Positions 39,817-52,934 of a DNA stretch of 64,000 bases are shown here, one piece after another (within the stretch, counting starts at the first letter, position 1; each line of letters starts with the position of its first letter). Source of the stretch: Octopus vulgaris (Eukaryota); contig OX597821.1 in the NCBI GenBank assembly GCA_951406725.2, forward strand, positions 34,968,001 through 35,032,000. The letters run 5' to 3'. A program made the position numbers and the translations under genes. The notes under the pieces are model-generated. The model was not told the origin of the DNA and made no database searches. It saw nothing but the letters and a program-made list of their open reading frames with translations.

Positions 39817-40415
39817 CATAATACACACATATATAATACGTGTTTTCTTTTCCTTGCCGTTTTCCTCACGGTTTTCCAATAATGGATACAAATGCATTTG
39901 TTTGTGTGTGTGTGTGCGCTTTGTACTTTGTGCGCCTTATTTGTCAGAAAATGGAAGACTGGTTGTCTGGCATAGACACAGAAACACATACAAAACATAT
40001 ATACATGCATACGTTCATATAAGCATACATGCAGTGTAAAAGCAGTGACAGGAAAGTACACAGACATTCGGTTAAGCACAAAGACAGTGTACGTTTTAAT
40101 TGCAGAAGAGTGACTTGATTTCAGTCATCGCTGTACATGTGTGTAAATTTTAGTAAAATTATATCTTTACAAACACACTCACACACACACACACACACAA
40201 ATGCGCATACATTCTCAAATACGGATACACACACAAATATGCACGCACTCACACAAACACGTGTATACGTACATATACACATACTAACTCTCACATACCA
40301 ATGCAAGAGAGTATATATAATCGTACACACTTTCGCAGCCTACGCTCAACAGGAAAACTGTATTTAGCATATCAGTCTCTCTCTCTCTCTTCCTCTCTCT
40401 CTTTATCTTTCTCTC

Positions 40416-40459
<44 letters not shown>

Positions 40460-40767
40460 GCTTTCTCTCCAAAAAGTAACAGGATGATGAAGCCTAAATA
40501 TAAGAGCAAATAATTATACATAACAGTGGCATTTGCATATGAACTGTTAACCTGAGGATATTTTGTTGACATACATAGACATATTTTGTTGACAAATATA
40601 TGGGAATAGACATGGTGGAGTTGTGGTTCAGAAAAATCTGAGATCGTCTCAAAAAAATGTGACGGAACGGAGTCACTTCTCTGCAAAGATAACTTTGAGC
40701 CGGCCAATATTATCAGAATGAGACCTCGATATTATGTAAATAGAGGAATTTATCTGTAATATAATAT

Positions 40768-40903
40768 GTGACAATTATTCGGTTGCCATAATAAGATACC
40801 GAGTTTCGGATATCGGGGCGGAAAACTGACGAGATGCGGAAGTAGTTTTCCGCCCCGATATCCGAAACTCGGAGTCTTATTATAGCAACCGATTAATTGT
40901 CAC
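40768..40903. repeat. 60-bp inverted repeat containing a 5'-truncated hammerhead motif on + (40826-40876)
   Basis: Arms 40768-40827 and 40844-40903; CTGACGA-gatgcggaa..ttccgc..atcc-GAAAC-TCGGA-GTC. Confidence 0.8.
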
Positions 40904-40920
40904 TCCCTGTTATATGAATC

Positions 40921-41878
40921 GTTAACATCAACAGCTTCGGCTCTTCCTGTTGGATGCACTTAAAAAATCGGTCAAGAGTTCTTTGAACTGTCTTCTTATT
41001 TTCTGTTAGGATTACATTATAAGGGGCAAAAGCTTCGTGACAGGCCCCCCATAATCTTGGAAAAGCGTTGAGCATTTGGATCCGTATCCTTGAAGATAGA
41101 AAGACCTTTCTCGATATATGCAAACGTTTGCAGCATTTTCTTAATGGTAAAATGACGTGGCTCAAGTTCCTCTTCTTATTTTGTTACTCGTGAAGCTCTA
41201 TCAAATCCTCGTTTGTCAGAGGCTGCTTGTCTTTTTTCAAATAAATCTGTGAAATCCTCCTCCTCCAAATCCATTTCCAGTTCTTTGGTCGCAGTCACCA
41301 AAGTTTTATAGGTGACACCATTATCATACCCCTTAAAATCTGGCATAGCTTCTTCCATACACCATTCATAGCCGCGCTCTGTACATCATTCCATGCCGCT
41401 GCTATATTCTGTATAGCTTTGTAGATATCGTATCTCTTCCAAAATTCACAATGTGTGACGGACTCTTTAAGATCAGTTGCAGCTATTGCTTGCCGCAGTG
41501 TACGCTTCATATAGTAACACTTGGAGATAGGAATTATTCCCTGATCCATTGTCTGCAGAAGATAAATAAGACAACCAAGTTGAACTCACGATTTCGTTCA
41601 CTAAGCTACACTACTTTATGGTGTGTATCTTAACATTTACTGTACGTATTTTAATATTATCTTATATGCTTTTATTCTTATTTATTGTACAGTAACATGA
41701 TTTTATGTGCTTTTAACGGCTTTCTAGTGATTTTACAATTCCAATATTTGTGGCGGACAGAGGTAAAGTCGAGTAAAATGACAGCTTGATTTCTATTTTT
41801 CCATATATCATTATTCAAAACCGATGTATAATCGAGAACAACTTAAATCGAAACGACTTAAACCGAGGTATACCTGTA
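40921..41878 (-). mobile_element. Tigger/pogo-type DNA transposon, deleted and frameshifted
   Basis: TIR (ta)caggtatacctcg at the right end; DDE_1 motifs MDQGII..FWKRYDIYKAIQNIAAAWNDV..NGVWKKL. Confidence 0.85.
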
Positions 41879-41894
41879 TGTATGTATATATATA

Positions 41895-42069
41895 TACGCA
41901 TTTTTTCTCTCCTTGTTTCTCTTTTTCTGTGTATCTTTCTGTCGAAGAGCGTAGGCTCGAAACGTAAAAGACTTTTTCTATTTCTATTCCTGAGCGCTAT
42001 ACTAATACATTTGTTTTGTTTGTACTCCACCTGCCTTCGTCTTTTGTTTATGTTCGTAAACATTCCCTT

Positions 42070-42070
<1 letters not shown>
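41895..42070 (+). mobile_element. short hammerhead-like element (CUGUCGA family) in (TA)n; motif at 41934-41971
   Basis: 38-nt motif identical to 39680-39717. Confidence 0.8.
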
Positions 42071-42116
<46 letters not shown>

Positions 42117-42527
42117 TGCCACGTAATGCATTACGCTTCCACGTAATGCATTTTTATTTCGTCTACATCTATGTGTCTAGTGTTGCAAAACAATCATTGA
42201 AATTGGGAGTGACATACAATAGGAAAAAAATTATCGAATTAAAGTCAGCAGAATGTAATGATGAACACACTGAGTAATTATTCGAAATACAATTTAACTA
42301 GTTAATGCACAGAACAAAATTAACTTACGAGTTCAATTATTTCAAAGAACACACAAATCAAATCCGAAGAACGACAATTATAATACGGATTCTTAGCTGG
42401 AGAGCAAAATTTGACGTAATTCAGTGAGTCTGCGATATTTTATTGTACTCAGCAAGTTAGCAATGACTTAGACAAACAGACAGACATACACACACAGATA
42501 TACATACATACACACACACACACACAC

Positions 42528-42563
<36 letters not shown>

Positions 42564-42796
42564 ATATGTATGTAGAGGGAGAAGGAGAGAGTGCGAGACG
42601 GTGAGAGGTGTGGAAAAGAGAAAGTGAAAGTAAATGGAGCTATAGAGGATTTGCTTGTATTCAATGATTGTACTTTCGAGTGAGATGAGTGCTCTCTTGC
42701 CTAAGTGAATCTATACAAATTTAATGTGTCCTTATGTAAATCTACATTAATAACCTTCTCTCCTCCTTTCCCTCTCTCCATCTCTCTCTCTCTCTC

Positions 42797-42874
<78 letters not shown>

Positions 42875-42911
42875 TATATATTTTGTGTGTATATATATGT
42901 ATATATATATA

Positions 42912-42957
<46 letters not shown>

Positions 42958-43737
42958 TGTATATGTGTATATTTACGTGTGTGTGTGTGCGTCTGCCTAT
43001 GTATATATGTGCCAGTGTATTTATAGATATATTTGTGTGTATGTGTGTGTGTCTATGTATATTTATATATGTATATATAAATGCCAATGTATATATTTAT
43101 GTGCATGCTTATACAACAAAAACCTGATGGACATATTTGCTGCTTTGTAGGGGAAACATCTTGCAAGTTTGTAAAATAATAAAATATAATAATATAGTAG
43201 AGTATAATATAATGATATGCGCGTATGCTGGTACATAGGCAGAGAGAGGGAGAGAGAAGGAGAAAGAGGAAGAGGGAGAGAATGCGAGAGAGAAGAGAAA
43301 GAGTGTCAGATAATTTATTCTTCGCACGTTAGGGGAACACTTTTAAAGTGCTTACGAGAAAGTATTTGGGAATGTATCGGTAGTTTGAAATAACATAATT
43401 TCTCTTTATTTTGGATTAGAATAGGGTAGCGGCTGGTCCGAAATTTATCTGCGAGACAGAAATTGCAGCTTTGCGATCCATTAATAACATTGGTATGTAG
43501 GTGCGATATTTGTTGCGTTGAATATCAAAATAGCTGGACAAAAGTATATTTTAATCCGGTTGAGAAAGTACAGGCGTATGTATATCTTAATGTAGAACAC
43601 ATTCTTCTGGTTAAGCGTAGATAACTCATTGGATTCCAAATGATGAGTTTAAATAGTTTTACACAAGAATTTCAACGTACGCTAACTAAAACACACACAC
43701 ACACAAACACACATACATACATACATTCATACATACA

Positions 43738-44134
43738 TCTATTATATAAAATCCATTCTGCCTGTCTCTGTGAGTGTCTTCTAGGAACTCGGGCATCCTC
43801 CATCCGATTGCGCCCAAATTTGATATGTAGATACCGACGGTATCAGGGTGTGTATAAGTCTTGAAAAAATTACAAAAATCGATTCCAGGTGAGAATGCGA
43901 TCGATAAAGCTGTGGGAACGTGCATTTGTACGCGCAAGTAGATCAGCTGTTGCGATCGATACTACGCGTACGCGAGAAAAATGCACGTGCAGTTTGCGCA
44001 AAAAAGTCGGCTGGCTTGAAATAATGCCACAAAATGCAGTATATTTAAGAGCCCCTCCCCCCACAAAAAAAAAATTTGGTTTAAATGTTTGACAACTCAG
44101 CACCGTCCATTAGACGGGGGGCGCTTTGCTTCTA
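43738..44134 (+). mobile_element. probable non-autonomous Helitron
   Basis: 5' a|TCttattatataaaa; 3' hairpin ccgtc-catta-gacgg followed by a degenerate CTAG. Confidence 0.5.
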
Positions 44135-44165
44135 CATATATATATACGTATAAACACACATATAT

Positions 44166-44423
44166 TCGGGGTCATTCCGAAAAGCTCTACCTGCGACGAT
44201 TTCATCTCAATCGAAGGAGAGGAGCTTTCTCCGTCCGGGTTGCGGGTCCGTGGAACAAGCTGCCAGATGAGATGGTGAAGATGCTGACGACCAGCTTTGT
44301 TCAAAGCCTCCCTGGACTTCAAGTGGCCTGAACTCTTTACATGAACACCACCCTGTACTTAACTCCATGTCCCCCTACATGACCATGCTATTTGCTTTTG
44401 AGCCAAATTAACTAACTAACTAA
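44166..44423 (+). mobile_element. CR1/L2-like LINE 3' end
   Basis: RGHSEKLYLRRFHLNRRRGAFSVRVAGPWNKLP motif; (AACT)n tail. Confidence 0.85.
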
Positions 44424-45046
44424 CATATATATGTGGATACATGTATGCATGTATGTTTGCATGTGTCCATATGTATGTATGTTTATATGTATGTGTGCAT
44501 GTATGTCCGTATGTATGTGTACCTACATACGCACATCCTTGCATGTTAGTTAATGTCTGCGTGTGTCTGCATGTGTGCACCACTTCATCATAATTCCTCG
44601 CTAAACAGAAAGTGAAGTAAATGGCTACTTCAATGTATAATATTAATATTTTGCTTCAATTATGTAATTTAGATACAGAAAACTAATTTTATCTCTAATG
44701 TTTCATCGTTTTAAGTAGACGATATAATTAGTCTGGCGTGGTTTTTGCGCAATAAAAACGTGTAACATTTACTAGCGTTTTCAAGGAATTTTTGACATGC
44801 TTGTAGCCTAGCAGCAATTCAGGTAGCTGCCAACTATTCTACCAAAGTATAATGTCTTAGAGGTTATCAGAGAAGATATTAATATTACCTAAGCGAACAC
44901 CCACGTTTCTGTGTTTCTGCTTTGAAATGCGAATAGACTTTAGTAGTTTTAGAGTTTCATGCTTAATCGTAAAAGCATGTTGCTACATTCTGCAGAAGTT
45001 GAAATAACAACAACAATAATAATAATTTCAACGTGCATTAATTAAA

Positions 45047-45224
45047 ACATACATACATACATGCATGCATACATACATGCATGCATACATACATGCATGC
45101 ATACATACATATATGCATGCATGCATACATACATACATACATACATGCATGCATGCATGCATGCATGCATACATACATACATACATACATACATACATAC
45201 ATACATACATACATACATACATAC
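45047..45224. repeat. (ATAC/ATGC)n microsatellite
   Basis: Direct reading. Confidence 0.95.
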
Positions 45225-45447
45225 AGATGAGACACTGCAAAGAAGAACGGGCAGAAACAAATTGCGGAGTGGTAGAACCAGAAGCATCTGCCTGGACAGC
45301 ATATACTTCGAAGCCGAAATGCTGATGTACACCAAGCAACAACCCATCAGTGGCTGAGAATCTCAGGACTGAAAGCAGATACTAAAGGTTTCATATTACC
45401 GGCACAAGATCAAAGTTTGCTAACCAAAAACTACCAGGCTAACGTTT
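45225..45447 (+). mobile_element. Dong/R4-type LINE internal fragment
   Basis: KHLPGQH..THQWLRISGLKADTKGFILPAQDQSLLTKNYQAN, the region just upstream of the zinc knuckle seen at about 2500-2598. Confidence 0.75.
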
Positions 45448-45896
45448 CTTCGAAACGGTTCTAACTGCATAATCTTTACACAAAACACACCCTCTACAAC
45501 AAGCATCTAATAATCTAAAATAACTCAACCTATGCATCATATACTATCTTTTATAGTATATAAAAGCAGAAACACAGTTCAGATTTTGATAATCTTTTTT
45601 TTTTCTTATTGGATAAAATAGAATGAAGGCATAAAATAAAACAGCTGATATTACACACATCAGTCACAGCAGAACATAAATATAACAAGAAACAAGAAAT
45701 TAAATCCCAAAACAAAATAATCTGTTTTAGTTCAGCAACTGGAAAAGTCTACATTCCCCAGCCCCTGCAAAAATAAGAACACAATGCCTCACATGCCTCG
45801 GGAACATGGTAGTGCATCAGGTAATGCAGTAGAAACTCTTACGAAATTACGGAAGAAAATCTTTTCGAAATAATAATGTGATGATGATCTCTGGTT

Positions 45897-46503
45897 TAGG
45901 CACAAAGCTAGTAATTTTAAGGATAGAGGAAAGTAGGCGATGTCATCGAGTCCCGTACTTGATTGGTACTCTAACCGGCGGGATTTGAACTTAGAATGTA
46001 AATATCTGCAATAAATGGCGCAAAGTATTTTCACCTATATTCTGGCGAATTTAACAGGTCGTCACTTAAATAATAATAACAATAATAATAATTCTTTCTA
46101 AAATTTGACACAAGGCCAGCAATTTTGAATGAAGCGCTTAATTAATTACATTGACCCCCAAGGGATGAAAAGTAAATTGAACTTCGGCACGATTTGAACT
46201 CAAAACGTAAAGAGCTGGAACAAATGTTGCAGGGGATTTTTACCGACGCTATAGTGATTCAGGGAGCACACCGCCTTTATAATATTAGTACTCCTTTCTG
46301 TTATAAGCGCAAGGCCAGAAATTTTGGGGAAGGTGTATATAACATCGACGCCAGTGCTCAGCTGGTACTTATTTATTTTATCGACCCTGAGAGGGATGAA
46401 AGGCAAAGTCGACTTCGGTGGAATTCGGATTCAGAACGAAAGACAGACGAAACGACGCAAAGCATTTTGCCCAGCATGCCAACGGTTCTGCCAGTTCACC
46501 GTC
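45897..46503 (-). mobile_element. cluster of three diverged SINE family A copies
   Basis: Repeated cacaaggccagcaatttt..gatgaaaggcaaagtcgac..tttgaactca blocks separated by (AAT)n. Confidence 0.75.
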
Positions 46504-48382
46504 TTAATAATAATGATTTTGATAATTTTTTTTTTATTATTGGCCAAAATACAATGAAGATGTCGATGGAAGAAACGCAAATACAAAAAAAAAATAGGGT
46601 TTACATCGCGTAAAAGTGTTCAACAAAAGCAAAAACATATGCCACATGTTTTTACTGCGCTGTCTTAACAAAGAAATAGTATATCTTCAGATATGATACA
46701 ACTGAGGCTGCAGTTCATATTAGTATTACAAAACACACAAAAGGGTTTGAATATACCGGAAAATTTATCAGAGAATTTCAAAAGAACTATACTCAGGGAT
46801 GTGCCAATCCATAAACAGAGAGACCGACTCGAATCAGCGAGATATTAGACCAAAGTAGCACGAAATGAAATTCCTTCTAATGAAAGTCGAAGCCATGTCT
46901 GACGATAATTCATCTTTCAATGAAATGGAAAAAAAGTTATCCACATACAAAAATAATTCAATACAGATAAATAGAATTTGTAGCTTGAAAACAGACATTT
47001 TCTACCATAATTGAATTATTCTCAAGACAGATTGTCTTTGAAATAATTAAAAAATAGCATAGAGATAAATAAATACATAACGAACACATAGAGTCATGGA
47101 AATGTGTACAATTTAGTGAGAGTATTACTACTAGTAGTAAGACAGTAAATAACACTACTACACTCATTTTAGAACTACTAGTACTGCACAACATGGCCAC
47201 AGTCTAATGACGGAAAGAAGTAAAAAATAAAAGATAGTATATGCAAAATATGTAACTATCAAATATTTTCTGGTGACGACAGAAAAAGAATATAAAGCCC
47301 CAGTGACGATGAATGACAAAAGAAATATTTACACTAAGTTAAGCAGTTCAGCAGTCAGCGTGAGTCGTTTTTCAAGAAGGACAGTAACCATAAATTGTGT
47401 GTCATGACCACTGTGGTGGAGGTCGTTGCCGTTGTAAAGTGATGAAGGTGCGGTAGCTATCGGATTTGATTGAGCTGTGGTCACCGGTTAGATTGTATAT
47501 TGAAGCACTTTATATGGCCAATATCTTTCACAGGAAAAATACGCCTAAGACTAAATTGTTTAATGTCAATTCCATTCATTTTTTGTCCAAAAAAGGCTTG
47601 TTTACTAAGCTGGGGAATAATGGGTTTAACATCCGCGGGTCTATTGAATGAAGTGGTCAGTTCTTTGTTGACGTCATCAATCGTCGACAGCATCCTATTT
47701 CTGCTATTTTTATTTTTACATCTGAACACAGAGACTCAGATTCGATTCCTACGCAGTTAGATGGTGTCTGGGACTCTGCCAAATATTCATGCTATAGATA
47801 TAAGTTTTACATATTTACAGAGAGTCTGGAAAATAAACCTGCTAGAAAAAGATCACATTCTACGCAAAACACTTTCCGTTCAATAACACAGCTCACACAA
47901 AACACTCTCTGCACAACAGACACAACACAGGCTCTGCCTAATCACCACACAATAAAAAAAGACACATACATGTGCAACACCCGATATTATAACATATCCT
48001 GTGCGCCACCACCAACAACTCACATTCCGTATAATCAACACCTGAATATACAATACAAACCCTCAGCACATATTCTGAACAGTCAGCATTCAACATTAAA
48101 ACTCATTATAGAACTGTTACAACAACAATATGAAATACTATCATTCAATAATATAACATCGCTTACACAATGCGTATTCTTTACTTCAAACAGAGGAAAC
48201 ACTAAAATAATAGCTGAAACTACGGAAAAAAACTTGCAGCAAAGTAAACCAGTTGTCATAAACAAACACATCCTATGCGAGTAAAAGACAATGTGTGACG
48301 TAATTCAGGAAAACGAATACGTTTCGGTGGTGTGGCAAATGCTTGCATTAAACTGCTGAAAACATTTTTTCATATTTCATTT

Positions 48383-48613
48383 TTTACTTCTTTCAATCAT
48401 TAGATTGCAACGATGCTGAGAGCACATCCCTGAAGGGTTTAGTGGTGACAATCGCCCCGAGAACCTGTTTTTTTTAAAGCCTGGTACTTATACTATCCGT
48501 GTTTTTGCGGACTGCTAAATTACGGGGTGTAAACAACCAACAGCGATTGTCAAGGGGTAGTGGTGGACAAATACATACATAAAATGCACACAGATATATA
48601 AATATGCATCTAA

Positions 48614-48661
<48 letters not shown>

Positions 48662-48703
48662 ATGTATGTATGTACACACGTATATATGTGTGAATGTGGG
48701 TAC

Positions 48704-48739
<36 letters not shown>

Positions 48740-48896
48740 ACATAACGGACTTCTTTCAGTTTCCGTCTACCAAATTCACTCAAAAAGCTTTCGTCGGCAT
48801 TGAACTATAGCAGAAGGCACTTACTAATCTGCCGCGCAGCGGGACTGAACCTAAGATCACATGTGTGGGAAGCAAACTCCTTAAAAAGCACAGCCG
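48383..48896 (-). mobile_element. SINE family B, diverged, expanded internal microsatellite
   Basis: ggtacttat..ttctttcagtttccgtctaccaaattcactca..gggactgaacc. Confidence 0.8.
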
Positions 48897-49222
48897 AAAA
48901 TGATTAAGGTGAAGAAAAATTTGATAGTATTCTTATTCCTAAACCTCAATGTCTGTTTATTACTTTATGCGTATGGTGAATGTCTTAGAGTGGGTGATAA
49001 ATTAGCAAATGACAACGAGAAGTTAAATACATCACTTGCACCAATGAAAAAAGACATTTATAAGCGTTATAAACACTCCTAACTTGTCTCAATAACTTCT
49101 CAATTCCTGTACACATATATCTGCCCATATATATATATTTATATACACTTGTACGCATTCACAGAGCACGAAATTCGCAACGAATTGTATATTTGATACG
49201 TTGGTATGTGTGACAAAGAGAA

Positions 49223-49637
49223 GGCGGCGAGCTGGCAGAAACGTTAGCACTCCGGGCGAAATGCTTAGTGGTATTTCGTCTGCCGTTACGTTGTGAGTTC
49301 AAATTCCGCCGAGGTCGACTTTGCCTTTCATCCTTTTCGGGGTCGGTAAATTAAGTACCAGTTACGCACTGGGGTCAATGTAATCGACTTAATACCTATG
49401 TCTGTCCTTGTTTGTCCCCTCTATGTTTAGCCCCTTGTGGGTAATAAAGAAATAGGTATTTCGTCTGCCTCTACGTTCTGAGTTCAAATTCCGCCGAGGT
49501 CGACTTTGCCTTTCATCCTTTTGGCTCGATTAAATAAGTACCAGTTAGGCACTGGGGTCGATGTAATCGACTTAATTCCTTTGTCTGTCCTTGTTTGTCC
49601 CCTCTGTGTTTAGCCCCTTGTGAGTAACAAAGAAATA
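49223..49637 (+). mobile_element. SINE family A tandem dimer with TSD
   Basis: Full unit 49223-49455 plus headless unit 49456-49637; TSD ggtatgtgtgacaa at 49203 and 49638. Confidence 0.9.
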
Positions 49638-50574
49638 GGTATGTGTGACAAGAGATAAATAAAAATACATGTTGCTGTTGTTCTTATATGTGCAATACAC
49701 AAGGACATTCCGAACTAACAAAGAAGCCTCTAGATGATCACTGGATCAACTACAAAGAGCGGCGAAATCTCTCTAAAGTCTAATCGTATCGATTAAAAAA
49801 AGAAACAGAAAAAAAAAGAAAAAGTAAGGACGCATTGGATAATGTAGCACGAGGTACATTTTGTCGAGAGTAAGTAAATAAAATGACGAAATGGTCTCAG
49901 AAATCGGGTCGGCCTGGGGCTGCTATAGGAAGAAAAGATCATACGGTGTTTGCGGCTTCTACGAGGACATTACCGATAGAAGTGAAACGAAACAGGTAAG
50001 AGGAATGATCTGAAACCGATACACAAAATGGGATCGGCAAGAACTTTTTTTTCCTACTCTAAAACTAAATACTTTATATATAAGAATAAATATGAAGAAT
50101 TAAACGGATAAATATATGGTTATCATTAAGCTTGTTTATTAATGCACCGTTGAAGCTTCATAACTGTTATGGGCGGCTAGAATTGCAAATATCATTCGTT
50201 GCTTGTTATATTACAAAATGTGTCACTGATGCAGCATCAGCTGATGTCAGGCTAACCTACGGGAGAATGCCCTCGGCAAGAGAAGGTTTATTAAAATCAA
50301 ACACCTTGGTGCAAGCAGTGAAAATAAAATCTTTCATATTTCGCGAATAAATGACTGCCTTCATAATATATATATTGCAGCAGCAAAATGCTTTCCGCAT
50401 TTACTAAATTGAAGCACGGTTTCGAATTCCATCTAGATATATTTCCTTGCCTATTTCGGATTTTGAAAAATATGTTTATCATGTCAGAAAATTTCAAAAC
50501 AGATTTAGCTGCATCAAAAAAAAAATTAAAACATTTAAAAAATAAAACAGAATTTTTTATGTGAAATTCTTGTG

Positions 50575-50747
50575 CACAGGTATAGCTGTGAGGTTAAGAA
50601 ATCGGCTTTGCAGCAATGTGCTTTTGGGTTCGGTCCCACTGCACGGTTCCTGTGTAAATACCTTCTACTGCAGCTTCACCGAGCAATGCCTTGTGAATGA
50701 ATTTGTAATTCGGAAACGGTGTACAAACCGTTATGAGTGTATATATA

Positions 50748-50795
<48 letters not shown>

Positions 50796-51016
50796 TATAT
50801 ATATATACATATATATATATGCGTGTGTGGTTGTGTTTGTTACCTACCCGCTACACCTTGATAACCGGTTTTGGTGTCCTTGCGTACCCGTAACTTAGCG
50901 GTTCGGCAAAAGTAACCAACTGGATAAGTACCGGACTTTCAAGAAAAAAGAAGTACCGGAGGTGACTTATTTGATTAAAACCCTTCAATGTGGTGCTGCA
51001 CCATGGCCGCAGTCCA
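50575..51016 (+). mobile_element. SINE family B, diverged
   Basis: gggttcggtcccactgc..taacttagcggttcggcaaaag..catggccgcagtc. Confidence 0.8.
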
Positions 51017-51281
51017 AACACTGGATGTTAATATATAATCGGTTGAGTTACGGATAAAACGTCTTGCAGAATTTTGTCCATTAACTCTACCGTACTTTGA
51101 CGTTCTGAGTCCAAATTCCACTTGAACTGTCATTACCATTCACCTATCTGGAATCAATATAACGAAGTATTTGCTGGTTATTAAGAAAGATCCCGTTGAC
51201 TATAAACTTCACTGAAATAATAGGACTTGTGCATTTGCATATGTTAGGAATTAGTATCTTATAATTATTTCAAATTTTTAA

Positions 51282-51501
51282 GGCGGCGAGCTGGCAGAAA
51301 CGTTAGCACGCCGGACGAAATGCGTAGCCGTATTTCATCTGCCGTTACGTTCTGAGTTCAAATTCCGCCGTGGTCGACTTTGCCTTTCATCCTTTCGGGG
51401 TCGATAAATAAAGTACCAATTTCGCACTGGGGTCGGTGTAATCGACTTAATCCCTTGTTTGTCCCCTCTATGCTTAGCCCCTTGTGGGCAATAAAGAAAT
51501 A
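51282..51501 (+). mobile_element. SINE family A flanked by a 79-bp direct duplication
   Basis: 51201-51279 repeated at 51502-51580. Confidence 0.9.
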
Positions 51502-51580
51502 TATAAGCTTCACTGAAATAATAGGACTTGTGCATAGGAATATGTTAGGAATTAGTATCTTATAATTATTTCAAATTTTT

Positions 51581-52320
51581 GCCACAAAGGCAGCTTGGTA
51601 GTGATGAGGATGAGTCGATTACATCTGGTGCTTATCTTATCGATCCTGAAAGGATGAAAGGAAAAATCACCTCGGCAGAATTTGAACTCAGAAGGTAGCG
51701 ACGGGCGAAATACCTATTTCCTTACTACCCACAAGGGGCTAAACACAGAGAGGACAAACAAGGAGAGACAAACGGATTAAGTCGATTATATCGACTTCAG
51801 TGCGTAACTGGTACTTATTTAATCGACCCCGAAAGGATGAAAGGCAAAGTCAACCTTGGCGAAATTCGAACTCAGAACGTAGCAGCAGAGGAAATACCGC
51901 TAAGCAATTCGCCCGGCGTGCTAACGTTTCTGCCAGACCACAGCCCTATTAGTATCTAATAATAACTTCCGATTTTAGCACAAGGCCAGCAATTTTGAAG
52001 GAGGATAAATTGATACTATCGACTCCAGGACTTGACTGCTACTTTATTTATTGACACTAAAATAAAGAAATGCAAAGTTGACACCGGCATGTTTTGAACT
52101 CAGAAAACATACAACCAAAAGTACTACCATAAGGCATTTTCTCCAGTGCATTAAGCGTTTTGCCAGCTCGCTGCTTTATAACGATTTCTGGTTTAGATGC
52201 AAGGCCAACAATTTTGAAGAATTTAATCGATAATCTCGATTCTAATATTTGACTGGAACTTTATTTTACCGACGCTCAAAGAATGAAACGTCGGATGAAA
52301 TACCGCAAGCAATTTTCCCA
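51581..52320 (-). mobile_element. cluster of SINE family A copies (young copy 51715-51945 plus older ones)
   Basis: Reverse complements of family A head, centre and tail. Confidence 0.8.
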
Positions 52321-52323
52321 CGA

Positions 52324-52889
52324 CTAGCGCTATGACCCGGCGTTGCCGGGTCTAGTGCTAGTCACGCATATTTTGGTCTTTCATGAGAATCCCGCTCTCT
52401 TGTCATTCACTTGGTCTAACTCGTTAATTATTCCTTGCATTTCTCAAATAAAAAAGGCGTGCACGTTTGAAAGCCAAAACACATGATAACGCGTTTTCGC
52501 AAAACACAAAAATGCGCCGAGTCATACAGACTGTCTGCAAACGCGCACGCGCGTTCAACTGTCAAGGGTAAAATTATCTCCGTCCAATCAAAAAGCAGCT
52601 GGCAGTCTATTGGCGTATCGAGCTGTACGCACGCATCGCGTACAAATTTCTATGTTTTAGCGATTTTGAATGGATATGCCCATAACTTATGGTCATAAGG
52701 GGTCGGTTTATCGATTTTTAATGGCTTTCTGGGATGACTGGGGAAATGAAAATATCTTCACGACTACCCTCAGACAGTTTTGAAAGCCCATAGAAAATGC
52801 GAGCCTTTTACGTGAAAAGCAGTGGATTTGTATAAAGGACACACAGACACACAGATACACACACATTTTGCCGTTTAAAGATATAAAGA
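52324..52889 (-). mobile_element. non-autonomous Helitron
   Basis: Minus strand A|TC 5' end, 3' hairpin gacccggc-aac-gccgggtc then CTAG|T; no TSD; splits an old SINE A. Confidence 0.85.
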
Positions 52890-52934
52890 TTTAACGATTG
52901 TATCAAGTTGCCGCCCTTGATATAATAATTATTT

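Larger units (their letters stand above)
37947..39970. repeat. about 2-kb imperfect palindrome (inverted duplication)
   Basis: cagacaaccaatcttccattttctgacaaataaggcgcac (37947) versus its reverse complement at about 39930-39970; also 38630-38790 versus 39400-39560. Confidence 0.85.

Noticed and set aside
47481-47729. 82-aa minus-strand ORF with a possible acceptor at about 47722
   Set aside because: No recognisable domain, weak splice context, length within chance expectation
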